A DNA stretch of 64,000 nucleotides from an uncultured archaeon. Its GTDB lineage: Archaea > Hadarchaeota > Hadarchaeia > Hadarchaeales > WYZ-LMO6. The translations under genes and the position numbers were made by a program. The stretch's first letter is position 1. The number at the start of each line of letters is the position of its first letter. The DNA lies in assembly GCA_938074535.1 (NCBI GenBank), contig CALJER010000008.1, positions 44,954 through 108,953 of the forward strand, read 5' to 3'. The notes beneath the pieces were generated by a model. It did not search any database. It had not been told where the DNA came from and worked only from the letters and a program-made list of their open reading frames with translations. Positions 51,711 to 62,404 of this stretch are shown in pieces.

Positions 51711-53303
51711 ATGGAACTCGGAAAGACCACCTCCCTCTGTCCGGAGTGCCTCAAGCTCCTCCCGGCGACCCTTCACGAGAGGGAAGGAAAGGTCTGGATG
51801 AAGAAGAGCTGCCCGGAACACGGGGAGTTCGAGGAGGTGTACAGCGGCTCCTCCGAGTGGTACAGGAGGGCCGAGAGGTATGCGATGGACGGAAGGGGGG
51901 TGGAGAACCCCCAGATCCAAAAGGAGGACCCGCTCTGCCCGAAGGACTGCGGGCTCTGCAGGCTCCATCTCAGCCACACGGCGCTCGCCAACGTCGTCCT
52001 GACGAACAGGTGCGACCTGGCCTGCTGGTACTGCTTCTTCTACGCCCAGCGGCTCGGCTACGTCTACGAACCCACGCTCTCGCAAATCGAAGAGATGTTC
52101 AAGATCCTCAGGAGCGAAAGACCCATCGCATGCAACGCGGTGCAGCTCACCGGGGGGGAGCCCTGCCTCAGGGGAGACCTCATCGACATCATAAAGCTGG
52201 CCAAATCCTACGACTTCGACCACATCCAGCTCAACACGAACGGAATAAGGCTGGCGCAGGACCCTGAGCTCGCGCGGAAGGTCAGGGAGGCGGGGGTAAA
52301 CACCCTCTACCTGAGTTTCGACGGGGTGAGCGAGAAGACGAATCCCAAAAACCACTGGGAGTTCCCGCTTGCCCTCGAGAACTGCCGCAGGGCTGGGCTG
52401 GGGATCGTCCTCGTGCCCACCGTCATCAGGGGAATGAACGACCACGAGGTCGGCGACATCGTCAGGTACGCCTTCAGGAACCTGGACATCATCAGGAGCG
52501 TGAACTTCCAGCCCGTCTCCCTGGTGGGCAGGATGCCCCGGGACGAAAGGGAAAAGTACAGGATAACCATTCCCGATGTCATCAAAAGGCTGGAGGAACA
52601 GACCAACGGTGAGATCACCCTGCAGGACTTCTTCCCCGTGCCCACGGCTCTGGTGATAAGCAGGTTCGTCGAAGAACTCACGGGCAAACCGAGCTACGAC
52701 CTCAGCTCCCACTTCGCCTGCGGGGCGGCGACCTACGTGTTCAAGGAGGACGGAAGGATGATCCCGATCACAAGGTTCATAGATGTGGAGGGGTTCCTGG
52801 AGTACCTGAAGGAGAAGACGGAGGAGCTCAGGAAGGGGAAGAGCAGGACCCTCGTGAAGCTGAAGCTCCTGGCCTCCCTGGGGAAGTTCATAGATTCCAA
52901 GAAGAAGCCCAGGGATCTCAAGATGGGCGGGCTCCTCTATCACCTGCTCGTCAGGCGCGACTACAGCGCCCTGGGCCAGTTCCACATGAAGTCCCTCTTC
53001 ATAGGGATGATGCACTTCATGGACCTCTACAACTACGACGTGGAGAGGGTGAAGAGGTGCTGCATCCACTACGTGATGAGCGACAGCAGGGTGGTACCCT
53101 TCTGCGCCTTCAACGTCATCCCCGAGTGGTACAGGGACAGGGACCAGGAAAGCCAGGGAATCCCGATCGAGGAGTGGGAAAGGAGGGCCGGGAGGAAGCT
53201 GAGGGAGGACCTCTACAAGCGGGACGTGGAGGGGCTCAAGCGGACGGAGGCCTACAGGAAGTTCGAGCGGGATGTGAGGGAGATGAGGTCGGGCCTCCAG
53301 TAG
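51711..53303 (+). CDS. tes: Tetraether lipid synthase Tes / GDGT-MAS (MJ0619-like radical SAM)
   Basis: N-terminal SLCPEC...CPEHG, CPKDCGLC..H, rSAM CDLACWYC, NFQPVS, HFACG, RCCIHY...PFC. Confidence 0.9.
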   Translation: MELGKTTSLCPECLKLLPATLHEREGKVWMKKSCPEHGEFEEVYSGSSEWYRRAERYAMDGRGVENPQIQKEDPLCPKDCGLCRLHLSHTALANVVLTNRCDLACWYCFFYAQRLGYVYEPTLSQIEEMFKILRSERPIACNAVQLTGGEPCLRGDLIDIIKLAKSYDFDHIQLNTNGIRLAQDPELARKVREAGVNTLYLSFDGVSEKTNPKNHWEFPLALENCRRAGLGIVLVPTVIRGMNDHEVGDIVRYAFRNLDIIRSVNFQPVSLVGRMPRDEREKYRITIPDVIKRLEEQTNGEITLQDFFPVPTALVISRFVEELTGKPSYDLSSHFACGAATYVFKEDGRMIPITRFIDVEGFLEYLKEKTEELRKGKSRTLVKLKLLASLGKFIDSKKKPRDLKMGGLLYHLLVRRDYSALGQFHMKSLFIGMMHFMDLYNYDVERVKRCCIHYVMSDSRVVPFCAFNVIPEWYRDRDQESQGIPIEEWERRAGRKLREDLYKRDVEGLKRTEAYRKFERDVREMRSGLQ

Positions 53304-53361
53304 CTTCTGAGGGGGGAGGGCAACGCTTCCCTTATAAGTCCACCGGAAAAGGTAGCTGAAG

Positions 53362-54531
53362 ATGCCGGAGGCGCGGGAATACGACGTGATCGTGGTGGGT
53401 GCGGGACCCGCGGGCCTGATGGCCTCCAGGGAAGCAGCGGAGGAGGGGGCCAGCACCCTCCTGCTGGAGAGGGAGAACTCGCTGGGAAGAAAGCCCTGCG
53501 GGGAGGCCGTCTCCGTGTCCACGCTGGAGGACGCCGGAGTGAAGGGGAAGAGGTTCATCCGCAACCGGGTGGAGGTCTTCAGGGTTCACGCCCCCGACGA
53601 GAAAAAATACGTGGACATTCTCTCCCGCAAGCTGGGAACGGCCGGGTACGTCATAGAGAAGGGGCTCTTCCTGAGGGAGCTGGCCTACCTGGCCGTGAAA
53701 AGGGGGGTGGAGATGAAGATGGGATCGGCCGTGCTGGACCTGAAGAGAGCGGAGGGGTGGTGGGAGGTGCTGGTCAAGCAGGGGGCGGAAAGGAGGAAGC
53801 TCAGGGGAAGGATAGTGATAGGGTGCGACGGGGTGAACTCGGTGGTGGCCGGAAAGGCCCTGGGGGTGAGAAAGCCCGAGGTCATCCCCTGTTTCCAGTA
53901 CAGGATGGTGAACTGCGGGGTGGAGGACCCGCACACGCTGGAGGTCTACCTTGGAAGGGAGGTGGCCCCCGGAGGCTACGTCTGGTTCTTTCCCAAGGAC
54001 GGAGGAGAAGCCAACGTGGGGATTGGGGTGAGGGGAGCCCCGGCCAAGCCCTACCTCGACCGCTTCCTCTCCTCCCATCCCGAGCTCTTCAGCAGGGCAG
54101 GGGTGGTGGAGGTGGGCGCGGCCCCCGTTCCTGTGGGGGGGGAGGTCGAGAAGGTGGTGGGGGAAGGGGTGATGGTGTGCGGGGACGCCGGCGGGCAGGT
54201 GATACCCCTCACGGGGGGAGGGATCCACTCCTCGGTGGTCGCCGGGAAGGTGGCGGGGGAGGTGGCGGGGAAGGCCGTGGAGGGGGGCGCGGGGCTGGAG
54301 GAGTACCCCAGGAGGTACGAGGAGTGGAGCAACCGGATCTCCCGCAGCCTGAAGGTGCTCAGGCTCATAGAGAAGCTGAGCGACAAGGAGCTCAACCAGC
54401 TGGCCGATCTCCTCACCGGACAGGACGTGGTGGACCTGGCCAACGGGACCAACCTCAAGAGGGTGGGAAGGAAGCTCCTGCGGCATCCCCACTTCGCCCT
54501 CCGCCTGGCGAGGGAGCTGCTGGGTGGTTGA
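53362..54531 (+). CDS. Geranylgeranyl (DGGGPL) reductase
   Basis: VGAGPAG, PCGEA, PGGYVWFFPK, GDAGG.V.P.TGGGI. Confidence 0.9.
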   Translation: MPEAREYDVIVVGAGPAGLMASREAAEEGASTLLLERENSLGRKPCGEAVSVSTLEDAGVKGKRFIRNRVEVFRVHAPDEKKYVDILSRKLGTAGYVIEKGLFLRELAYLAVKRGVEMKMGSAVLDLKRAEGWWEVLVKQGAERRKLRGRIVIGCDGVNSVVAGKALGVRKPEVIPCFQYRMVNCGVEDPHTLEVYLGREVAPGGYVWFFPKDGGEANVGIGVRGAPAKPYLDRFLSSHPELFSRAGVVEVGAAPVPVGGEVEKVVGEGVMVCGDAGGQVIPLTGGGIHSSVVAGKVAGEVAGKAVEGGAGLEEYPRRYEEWSNRISRSLKVLRLIEKLSDKELNQLADLLTGQDVVDLANGTNLKRVGRKLLRHPHFALRLARELLGG

Positions 54532-55291
54532 GTTGGGGAGGGTGGAGAGGTACCTGTTGGAGGGTCTGCGCAGGCACCCGCTGCACCTCACCCTCGTGGA
54601 CCCGGAGAAAACGGGGGGGAGGAAGGCGGGCGAGCTCTGCAGGAGGGCGGAGAGGGCGGGGACCTCCGCCATCATGGTGGGGGGATCCACCGTGTGCTCC
54701 ACCGCCCTCGTCGACGAGACGGTGAGGGCCATCAAGAAGGAGGTGGAGCTCCCCGTGATCCTCTTCCCCAACAACCTCTCAGGCATCAGCAGGTACGCCG
54801 ACGCCATCTTCTTCATGTCCCTCCTCAACTCCTCCAACCCCTACTTCCTCATCGACGCGCAGGCCCTGGGGGCCCCGCTGGTGAGGGAGTACGGCCTGGA
54901 GGTCCTCCCCATGGGCTACCTCATCCTGGGGCCGGGGGGGACGGCGGGCTTCGTGGGGCAGGCGAGGCACCTCCCCCTCGAGAAGGCCGAGCTGGCGGCG
55001 GCCTACGCGCTCGCCGCCCAGTACCTCGGGATGCACTTCGTCTACCTGGAGGCGGGTTCGGGGGCCTCCGCACCCGTTCCCCCCCAGACCATCTCCGCGG
55101 TCAGGAGGTGCGTGGACCTTCCCCTCATCGTGGGAGGGGGGATAAGAACGGGGGAGGATGCGGGGAGGGCGGCGAGGGCGGGGGCTGACCTGGTGGTGAC
55201 GGGAACGGTGGTGGAGGAGGGAAGGGCGGAGGAAAAGATAGGGGAGATGGTGGAGGCCCTCCGAAAGGTGCGCCGGGGTAAGGGGCGTTGA
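54524..55291 (+). CDS. Geranylgeranylglyceryl phosphate synthase
   Basis: HLTLVDPEK, VGGS, LFP, SLLNS.NPY, YLEAGSGA, VGGGIR, VTGT. Confidence 0.95.
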   Translation: MVELGRVERYLLEGLRRHPLHLTLVDPEKTGGRKAGELCRRAERAGTSAIMVGGSTVCSTALVDETVRAIKKEVELPVILFPNNLSGISRYADAIFFMSLLNSSNPYFLIDAQALGAPLVREYGLEVLPMGYLILGPGGTAGFVGQARHLPLEKAELAAAYALAAQYLGMHFVYLEAGSGASAPVPPQTISAVRRCVDLPLIVGGGIRTGEDAGRAARAGADLVVTGTVVEEGRAEEKIGEMVEALRKVRRGKGR

Positions 55292-56328
55292 GGGACATCC
55301 ACACGATCGACCTCCCCACCAGGGTGGTGGTGGGGAGAAAGGTAATCGAGAAGGTGGGGGAGACCTGCAGGGAGCTGGGGCTGAAGGGAAGGGCCCTGGT
55401 GCTTTCCGGCCCCCGCACCCACGCCAGGGCGGGAAGGAGGGTGATCGCCTCCCTGGAAAGGGAAGGCTTCGAGCCGCATTCCCTGAGGGCGGAGGGGGAA
55501 CCGCTGGAGGAGGTGGAGGAGGAGATCCTGAAGAGCAAACCCTCCTTCCTGGTGGGAGTGGGAGGGGGGAGGGTGATAGACCTGGCCAAGTACTCCTCCT
55601 CCAGGGCCCGCCTCCCCTTCCTCAGCGTGCCCACGGCGGCCTCCCACGACGGCATCGCCAGCTCCAGGGCCTCCCTCCGCCGGCTGGGGCCCCTCTCCGT
55701 GGATGCCCGCACCCCCCTGGCCATCCTGGCCGACGTGGAGGTGATCTCCCGCTCGCCCCGACGTCTCACGGCCAGCGGGTGCGGTGACCTGGTGGCCAAG
55801 TTCACCGCCGTGAGGGACTGGAGGCTCTCCCACCTCCTCACGGGCGAGTACTACGGTGACTACGCCGCCCAGCTCGCCCTGATGAGCGCGGAGGTGACGG
55901 CGCGCAACGCCGGGTTGATAGGGGAGGGAAGGGAGGAGGGGGTGAGGGTGGTGGTGGAGGCCCTCATCAGCTGCGGGGTGGCCATGTGCATCGCGGGAAG
56001 CTCCAGACCCTGCAGCGGCTCGGAGCACTCCTTCGCCCACGCGCTCGAGCAGGTGTCCCCTGACTCTTCCCTGCACGGAGAGAAGTGCGGGGTGGGGACC
56101 CTCCTCATGGCCTACCTGCACGGGCTCAACTGGAAGAGGGTGCGCAGGGTTCTCTCGGAGGTGGGGGCCCCCACCACGGCGGAGGAACTGGGGGTGGGGG
56201 AGGAAGAGGTGGTGGAGGCCCTGCTCAGGGCCAGGGAGATAAGGCCGGAGAGGTTCACCATCCTGAACAGGAAGAGGCTCGACAGGAGAAAGGCCAGGGA
56301 AATAGCGGAGAAAACGGGGGTAATCTAG
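55288..56328 (+). CDS. egsA: sn-glycerol-1-phosphate dehydrogenase
   Basis: GGGRVIDLAK, PTAASHDGIAS, SRPCSGSEH, HGEKCG, RFTIL. Confidence 0.96.
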   Translation: MRDIHTIDLPTRVVVGRKVIEKVGETCRELGLKGRALVLSGPRTHARAGRRVIASLEREGFEPHSLRAEGEPLEEVEEEILKSKPSFLVGVGGGRVIDLAKYSSSRARLPFLSVPTAASHDGIASSRASLRRLGPLSVDARTPLAILADVEVISRSPRRLTASGCGDLVAKFTAVRDWRLSHLLTGEYYGDYAAQLALMSAEVTARNAGLIGEGREEGVRVVVEALISCGVAMCIAGSSRPCSGSEHSFAHALEQVSPDSSLHGEKCGVGTLLMAYLHGLNWKRVRRVLSEVGAPTTAEELGVGEEEVVEALLRAREIRPERFTILNRKRLDRRKAREIAEKTGVI

Positions 56329-57428
56329 GGGGGAGAGCCCTTCCCGGAAAGAATCCCCCGCGCAGGGACCATGTTCCCGAAGACCTCCTTCCTTATCTCC
56401 TCCAGCAAAAGATCCAGGTTCCTCCCCTCCTTCGCGGAGATGGGGAGAACGGGGAGGGGGAGCCTTCCCAGCACCTCCATCTTCTCCTCCAGCTCCCGGG
56501 GGGAGAGGAGGTCCACCTTGTTGAGGGCCACCAGCACCCTATTTTCCCTCCCCGAAAGGATCTCCAGGCTCACCTTGAGCTTCCTGAGGATCTCCGACAT
56601 GGGATCGCTGCCGTCCACCACCAGCACCACCAGGTCGGCGGAGTAGATCTCCTCGAGGGCAGCCTTGAAGGCCTCCACCATCCAGGGGGGCAGGCCCTCG
56701 ATGAAGCCCACCGAATCCGTCATCAGGACCTTCTCGCATCCCTTCACGGCCCTGGTCCTGACCGTCAGGGTGGTGAACATCCTGCTGTCCACCTCCACGT
56801 CGGAAAGGGTGAGGGCGTTGAGGAGGGTGGACTTGCCGGCGTTGGTGTATCCGGCCAGGGCCACCAGCCTGAAACCCCTCCTCCTGCGCTGGCTCCTCCT
56901 CTTCTCCCTCGACTCCGCCAGGGCCTTGAGCTTCCTCCTCAGGACGGCCATCCTCCTCTTCACCATGTCCAGGTACATGTTGAGCTCGTACTCACCCCTC
57001 CCCCTGAACCCTGGCTGCTCAGCCGAGAGGAGGTTCCTTATCCTCTCCCTCAGCCTGGGCAGCTCGTAGCTGAGCCTGGCGTACTCCACCTGGAGCTTGG
57101 CCTCCGGGGACCCAGCCCTGCGGGCGAAAATCTCCAGGATGAGCTGGAACCTGTCCATCACCTCCACCCCCAGCACCCTGCTCAGGTTGAAGAGCTGCGA
57201 GGGGGTGAGCTGGTTGGCGAAGATCACGAGCTCCGCGCCCTTCAGCCTCACGAGCCCGGCCACCTCCTCCACCTTTCCCCTCCCTATCTGGAAGGCAGGA
57301 TCCGCCTCCCTCACCTGCACCACCTTCCCCACCACCTCGTACCCCATGGTCTCGGCCAGCTCCTCCAGCTCCCCCAGCTCATCCCTTCCGCCTGGCTGTA
57401 TCCTCTGCACGAGAACGGTGCGCATCAT
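56325..57428 (-). CDS. hflX: GTPase HflX
   Basis: LILEIFARRA, AGYTNAGKSTL, FTTL, DSVGFI, NKVD, ISA. Confidence 0.95.
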   Translation of the reverse strand: MMRTVLVQRIQPGGRDELGELEELAETMGYEVVGKVVQVREADPAFQIGRGKVEEVAGLVRLKGAELVIFANQLTPSQLFNLSRVLGVEVMDRFQLILEIFARRAGSPEAKLQVEYARLSYELPRLRERIRNLLSAEQPGFRGRGEYELNMYLDMVKRRMAVLRRKLKALAESREKRRSQRRRRGFRLVALAGYTNAGKSTLLNALTLSDVEVDSRMFTTLTVRTRAVKGCEKVLMTDSVGFIEGLPPWMVEAFKAALEEIYSADLVVLVVDGSDPMSEILRKLKVSLEILSGRENRVLVALNKVDLLSPRELEEKMEVLGRLPLPVLPISAKEGRNLDLLLEEIRKEVFGNMVPARGILSGKGSPP

Positions 57429-57493
57429 GTTACTCGGAGGCCTGGGGGTTTAATCCCCGCCCCCTATAAACCCCCCCTCCCAAAAAAAGAGAA

Positions 57494-59242
57494 ATGCTGG
57501 GGAAAGGCCTCCGAGGGGAAGGCAGGGGGTGCCCGCTCCTCCTGGTCGCCCTTTCCCTGGTCTTCTCCCTCCTCCCGACCGCAGGTGCCCTTCCCCCCTC
57601 CCCCTCCTACACCTCCGTGGTGGTGGAGTTCCAGATCCTGGAGAACAGGGACGTCAGGGTGGGGGAAAACTGCGTCCTCAACCTGCCTGGCCTCTACTCC
57701 TCCATCACCATCAGCCGCACCCTTCCCTCGGAGAACGTGAAGGGGCTGGAGGCCTGGTGCGAGCCGGGGGAGCTGAGGGTGGAGAGCCGACCCGCGGAGG
57801 GAGGGACCGAGGTGGTCCTCACCATCTCCTTCGCCTCCCCCTTCAGGGGGGAGCTGAGGTACGGACTCTCCTACGAGGTCTCCGGATGGGTGAAGGGGAC
57901 GGGACCCAAGTACGAGGCCGCGCTGGGGGGGATAAGAATAGGGGGAGGAGGTTACCCCTACGAGAGCTACAGGATCACGGTCAGGGGTCCCCCTGGAGGC
58001 AGGCTCTTCTGGTACGAACCGAGAGAAGCTGTTCCCTCGGCCGACGGCCTTTCCGTCACCCACTCCACCTCGGTGGGGGCACCCGGAAGCTTCGAGGGAG
58101 TGCTCGTCACCTTCTACACCACGCCAGCCTACTACAAGCTCATCCTCACCGAGAACGTGAGGAACTCCGGGAAGGAAAGCTGCGACCTGGTGATGAACCT
58201 CCTCCTCTTCAGCGAGGGGGAGGCACGCTTTGCCTCACTGGTGACCTCCAGTCCCCGTCCGGGCAGCCTCTACGCGGACGAGGAAAACAACTTCTACGCC
58301 TCCTTCAGGATGAAGCTGGCAGCCGGTGAGAGCAGGCAGCTGAGGGTGGAACTGGTGTGGAGAGCGGAGCTGTACGACCCCGGTATCTCCCCCCAGAGCT
58401 CCGGGACCCTCGACGACCTGCCCCCGGGCATGGAGGGGTACACGGAGGGAAGAAAGTGGTGGGAGGTGGAGGAGCTGCGCCCGCTCTCCCTGCAGCTCGC
58501 CGGTGGGGAGAGGAACCTCTACCTCCTCTGCGGCAGCCTCCTCCGCTGGATGGACGAAACCATCACCTACGCCCCCACCCAGGAAAGACAGGGGGCCCTG
58601 GAGACCTACCGAAGGAGGGCGGGGGACTGCGACTGCCTGAGCGACCTCCTCCTCACCCTGCTCCGGGCCCTGAACATCCCCTCCCGTCTCTCCTTCGGCT
58701 GGACCCCGGCGGAAAACGGCGCCGGGAACCACGCCTGGGTGGAGGTGTACCTGCCAGGAAGGGGGTGGCAACCCGTGGACCCCACCTGGTCGAAGGGCTC
58801 CGGGAAGTACCTCTTCAGGATGGACCCCCTCCACCTCCCCAGGGGCTCAAGGGGGCTGACCTCCTCCGACTCCTACCTCACCAGGTCCCACTATGGGGGC
58901 TATCCCCAGGTGGACCCGGAGGAGGTCTCCCTTCTCTTCCTCTCGGAGGAGGAAGCCCTGCGGGAGTTCCTCCTCTCCGCCAGGACCATGCTGGAGCTGG
59001 CGGAGGAGGGGGGTGAGGATCCCAGGCTGGAGCTAGCCAGGGAGAGCCTCCTGAGGGCCGAAAGGGAGGGAAAGATGGAGGAGGCCCTCCGGTCCCTCTC
59101 CCTCTCGCTCGCGGTCCTGAAGGAGAGGGGAAAACCGCTCGAACTGCCCCGCAGGATCCCACTCTGGACCCTAGCGCTGCTCGCTGGAAGCGCGGCGGCG
59201 CTGGTGCTGGCGCTGGGGCTGAGCCTCAGGAGGAGAGCCTAG
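57494..59242 (+). CDS. Secreted/membrane-anchored transglutaminase-like domain protein
   Basis: Signal-peptide-like N-terminus, GDC / HAWVEVY / VDPT triad, C-terminal TM plus RRRA. Confidence 0.85.
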   Translation: MLGKGLRGEGRGCPLLLVALSLVFSLLPTAGALPPSPSYTSVVVEFQILENRDVRVGENCVLNLPGLYSSITISRTLPSENVKGLEAWCEPGELRVESRPAEGGTEVVLTISFASPFRGELRYGLSYEVSGWVKGTGPKYEAALGGIRIGGGGYPYESYRITVRGPPGGRLFWYEPREAVPSADGLSVTHSTSVGAPGSFEGVLVTFYTTPAYYKLILTENVRNSGKESCDLVMNLLLFSEGEARFASLVTSSPRPGSLYADEENNFYASFRMKLAAGESRQLRVELVWRAELYDPGISPQSSGTLDDLPPGMEGYTEGRKWWEVEELRPLSLQLAGGERNLYLLCGSLLRWMDETITYAPTQERQGALETYRRRAGDCDCLSDLLLTLLRALNIPSRLSFGWTPAENGAGNHAWVEVYLPGRGWQPVDPTWSKGSGKYLFRMDPLHLPRGSRGLTSSDSYLTRSHYGGYPQVDPEEVSLLFLSEEEALREFLLSARTMLELAEEGGEDPRLELARESLLRAEREGKMEEALRSLSLSLAVLKERGKPLELPRRIPLWTLALLAGSAAALVLALGLSLRRRA

Positions 59243-60601
59243 CCCGAGCCTGGGGAGCTGCTGCAGGGCCCTCTCCACCAGCTCCTTCGGGTACTCGAAG
59301 TCCTCCAGCTTCCCCCGCAGATAGGCGTCCCAGGCCGCCAGGTCGAGCAGACCGTGCCCGCTGCAGTTGAAGAGGATCACCTCCTCCTCCCCCGTGCGCC
59401 TGCACCTCAGGGCCTCGTCCACCACCGCCCTGACGGCATGGGCCGTTTCCGGTGCCACCACGAAACCCTCAGCCCTGGCGAAGAGACTGGCGGCCTCGAA
59501 CACCTCGTTCTGGTGGTAGGCCCTGGCTCCCACGTAGCCCTCCTTGGTGAGCTTGCAGAGGAGGGGAGCATCCCCGTGGTATCTGAGCCCTCCGGCGTGG
59601 ATGGGCGGGGGAACAAAGGTGTGGCCGAGGGTGTACATCTTCAGAAGGGGTGTGAGCCCGGCCGAATCCCCGTGATCGTAGGTGTATATCCCCTTGGTGA
59701 GGGTCGGGCAGGCCTTGGGTTCGCAGGAGAAGGCCTGCAGCTCAGGCTTCCTCCCCGTGAGCTTGTCCGCCAGGAAGGGGAAGAGGAGGCCCGCGTAGTT
59801 GCTCCCCCCGCCCACGCATCCGAAGATCACGTCCGGATACTCACCCGCCATCTCCATCTGCCTCTTGGCCTCCAGCCCCACGACGGTCTGGTGGAGGAGG
59901 ACGTGGTTCAGCACGCTCCCCAGCGAGTACTTGGTGTTCGGATGGGTGACGGCATCCTCGATGGCCTCGGAAATCGCGATCCCCAGGCTGCCGGGATTCT
60001 GCGGATCCTCTTTCAGGATCCTCCTGCCGTACTCCGTCCTGTCGCTGGGGCTGGGAAGGCACTCCGCCCCCCAGATCTCCATGAGGATCCTCCGGTAGGG
60101 CTTTCCCTCGTAGCTCACCCTCACCATGTACACCGTGCATTTCAGCCCGAAGAGCATGGTGGCGAAGGCCAGCGCACTGCCCCACTGCCCCGCCCCCGTT
60201 TCCGTGGTCAGCCTCTCCACGCCCTCCTTCATGTTGTAGTAGGCCTGGGCCACGGAGGTGTTGGGCTTGTGGCTCCCTGCCGGGCTCACCCCCTCCCACT
60301 TGTAGTAGATCCTGGCCGGGGTCTTCAGCATGCGCTCCAGCCTGACCGCCCTGTAGAGGGGGGTGGGTCTCCAGATCCTGTAGACCTCCCTCACCTCCTC
60401 GGGGATGGGTATCCACCTCTCCTGGCTGACCTCCTGCCTGATCAGCTCCCTGGGAAAGATGGGCTCCAGGTCCTGCGGGCCCACGGGCTTTCCCGTGGCG
60501 GGGTTCAGGGGGGGATCCAGGGGGGAGGGAAGATCCGCCTGGATGTTGTACCAGGCCCTGGGCAGCTCCTCCTCGTCCAGCAGGAACTTGACGCGCTCCA
60601 T
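59171..60601 (-). CDS. trpB2: TrpB2 (TrpB-like PLP enzyme)
   Basis: [55 protein letters not shown] at 60601. Confidence 0.95.
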   Translation of the reverse strand: MERVKFLLDEEELPRAWYNIQADLPSPLDPPLNPATGKPVGPQDLEPIFPRELIRQEVSQERWIPIPEEVREVYRIWRPTPLYRAVRLERMLKTPARIYYKWEGVSPAGSHKPNTSVAQAYYNMKEGVERLTTETGAGQWGSALAFATMLFGLKCTVYMVRVSYEGKPYRRILMEIWGAECLPSPSDRTEYGRRILKEDPQNPGSLGIAISEAIEDAVTHPNTKYSLGSVLNHVLLHQTVVGLEAKRQMEMAGEYPDVIFGCVGGGSNYAGLLFPFLADKLTGRKPELQAFSCEPKACPTLTKGIYTYDHGDSAGLTPLLKMYTLGHTFVPPPIHAGGLRYHGDAPLLCKLTKEGYVGARAYHQNEVFEAASLFARAEGFVVAPETAHAVRAVVDEALRCRRTGEEEVILFNCSGHGLLDLAAWDAYLRGKLEDFEYPKELVERALQQLPRLGLGSPPEAQPQRQHQRRRASSEQR

Positions 60602-60636
60602 CGGCTCCTTTTTTCCACAAAGGATAAAAATGCTCC

Positions 60637-61293
60637 TCAGCGCTCGAATCTGTACCTCCCCAGGGAAAGAAGGAACTCCCGGGTCTGCGTGCCCAGGCCC
60701 AGCGTCTCCGCCCTGAGGAGGTCCCCCACTCCGTCCACATCCGTGGCCACCGTCTCCGACCGGTAGATCTTGGGCCTTATCCCCGCCCTCAGGCTCTCCC
60801 TCACGTGAAGGGGGAAACTTTCCCCCCCGAACCTCAGGGGAATCACGCCCGGAGGGCGCAGGAGCAGGGCATTGGTCCCGCGGGCGCTGGAGGGAGCAAT
60901 CACCACCTCCCTCTCCGAGGAAGCCATTCCCACCATTTTTTCCACATCCTCCACCCTGAGGAAGGGAAGATCGGCCGGAAGGATCAGGACCTCCCTCGCT
61001 CCCTCCCTGACCGCCTTCCCCACCGCCAGGGAGAGGGCCAGGTTGAGCTCCAGCCCCGGCTCCCTCACGGCCTCCGCACCCATCCCCGAAGCCAGGCGCA
61101 GGACCTCCTCGTCCGGTGAGACCACCACCTTCCTCATCCTCACCTGGGAGAGGATCCTCAGCATGTCCGAGAGCATGCAGAGGACCAGCTCCTTTCTCTC
61201 TTCGGGGGTGAGGACTCCCTCGAGGCTGGACTTGGCCTTCGAGAGGTGCTTGAGGGGCAGCACCACCCACCCTTCTTCCACCACCGTCTCCAT
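60637..61293 (-). CDS. cofC: 2-phospho-L-lactate/PEP guanylyltransferase
   Basis: PLK...AKS.L, LN.AL, ADLP, GTNAL, FG..SF..H, DVD...DL. Confidence 0.93.
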   Translation of the reverse strand: METVVEEGWVVLPLKHLSKAKSSLEGVLTPEERKELVLCMLSDMLRILSQVRMRKVVVSPDEEVLRLASGMGAEAVREPGLELNLALSLAVGKAVREGAREVLILPADLPFLRVEDVEKMVGMASSEREVVIAPSSARGTNALLLRPPGVIPLRFGGESFPLHVRESLRAGIRPKIYRSETVATDVDGVGDLLRAETLGLGTQTREFLLSLGRYRFER

Positions 61294-61368
61294 GAACCAC
61301 CGAGAGGGAACCTTTTACTTCCTTCGGAGGATACCCGGGTTTATTACCTGGAGCACCCAGGGAAGGGG

Positions 61369-62379
61369 ATGGGCTCCTCCAGGGTGGTGACCTACTCCCT
61401 GAACGTGTTCGTGCCCCTCACCACCTTCTGCAGGAACCGGTGCGCCTACTGCGGCTTCAGGAGGGAGGAGGGTGAAGCCGTCTTTCTCTCCCCCCACGAG
61501 GTCTTCTCCCTCGTGCTCAAGGGGAAGAAGGCGGGATGCTCGGAGGTCCTCCTCACGCTGGGAGAGAGGCCCGAGGTTCACCCCCAGGCCAGGGAGAGGC
61601 TCAGGGAGCTGGGCTACCGGAGCACTCCTGAATACCTGGAGGACCTGTGCAGGCACATCCTCAGGCTGGGCCTCCTCCCCCACACCAACGCGGGGGTGCT
61701 GAGCGAGGAGGAGCTGGGAAGGCTGAGGAGGTACAACGCCAGCATGGGGCTGATGCTGGAGTGTGCTGCCAGACTCGAGGCCCATCGGGAGAGTCCTGGA
61801 AAGGACCCGGGGCTCAGGCTGGGGTTCATGGAGAAGGCCGGAAGGCTCAGGATTCCCTTCACCACGGGCATCCTGGTGGGGATAGGGGAGAGCCGAGAGG
61901 ACAGGAGGAGGTCGCTGGAGGAGATAGGCAGGCTGCACGAGGAATACGGCCACATCCAGGAGGTCATCGTCCAGCCCTTCTCCCCCAAGCCAGGTACTCC
62001 CCTGGGGGGCTCCCCCCCTCCCGGGCTGGAGGAGGTGCTGGACGCCGTGAGGATGGCCGCGGAGATCCTCCCCGGGGAAGTGGGCATCCAAATCCCCCCG
62101 AACCTGGTGCCCGACGTGGTGCCCTTTCTGGAGGCGGGAGCCAACGACCTGGGGGGTCTCTCGGAGGTCACCCCAGACTTCGTGAACCCCGAGCGCCCCT
62201 GGCCCTCCCTGGCGGAGCTCAGGGAAAGGGTGGAGGCCGCCGGTTTCAGGCTCAAGGAGAGACTGCCCCTCTACCCGAGGTACGCGGGGGATGCCTCCTT
62301 CATGTCCGAAGAGGTCAGGAAGGTGGTTTCCAAGCTGGCCGACGAGAGCGGCTACAGGCGCCGCCCCCAAAAGGATTAA
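61369..62379 (+). CDS. cofG: FO synthase subunit 1
   Basis: [57 protein letters not shown]. Confidence 0.94.
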   Translation: MGSSRVVTYSLNVFVPLTTFCRNRCAYCGFRREEGEAVFLSPHEVFSLVLKGKKAGCSEVLLTLGERPEVHPQARERLRELGYRSTPEYLEDLCRHILRLGLLPHTNAGVLSEEELGRLRRYNASMGLMLECAARLEAHRESPGKDPGLRLGFMEKAGRLRIPFTTGILVGIGESREDRRRSLEEIGRLHEEYGHIQEVIVQPFSPKPGTPLGGSPPPGLEEVLDAVRMAAEILPGEVGIQIPPNLVPDVVPFLEAGANDLGGLSEVTPDFVNPERPWPSLAELRERVEAAGFRLKERLPLYPRYAGDASFMSEEVRKVVSKLADESGYRRRPQKD

Positions 62380-62404
62380 GAACGCGGAGACCAGAGGCTC
62401 CAAC

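Noticed and set aside
60602-61300. Apparent CofC-TrpB2 fusion (709-aa ORF)
   Set aside because: The upstream part is a different frame over cofC. cofC has its own stop at 60637 and trpB2 its own ATG.
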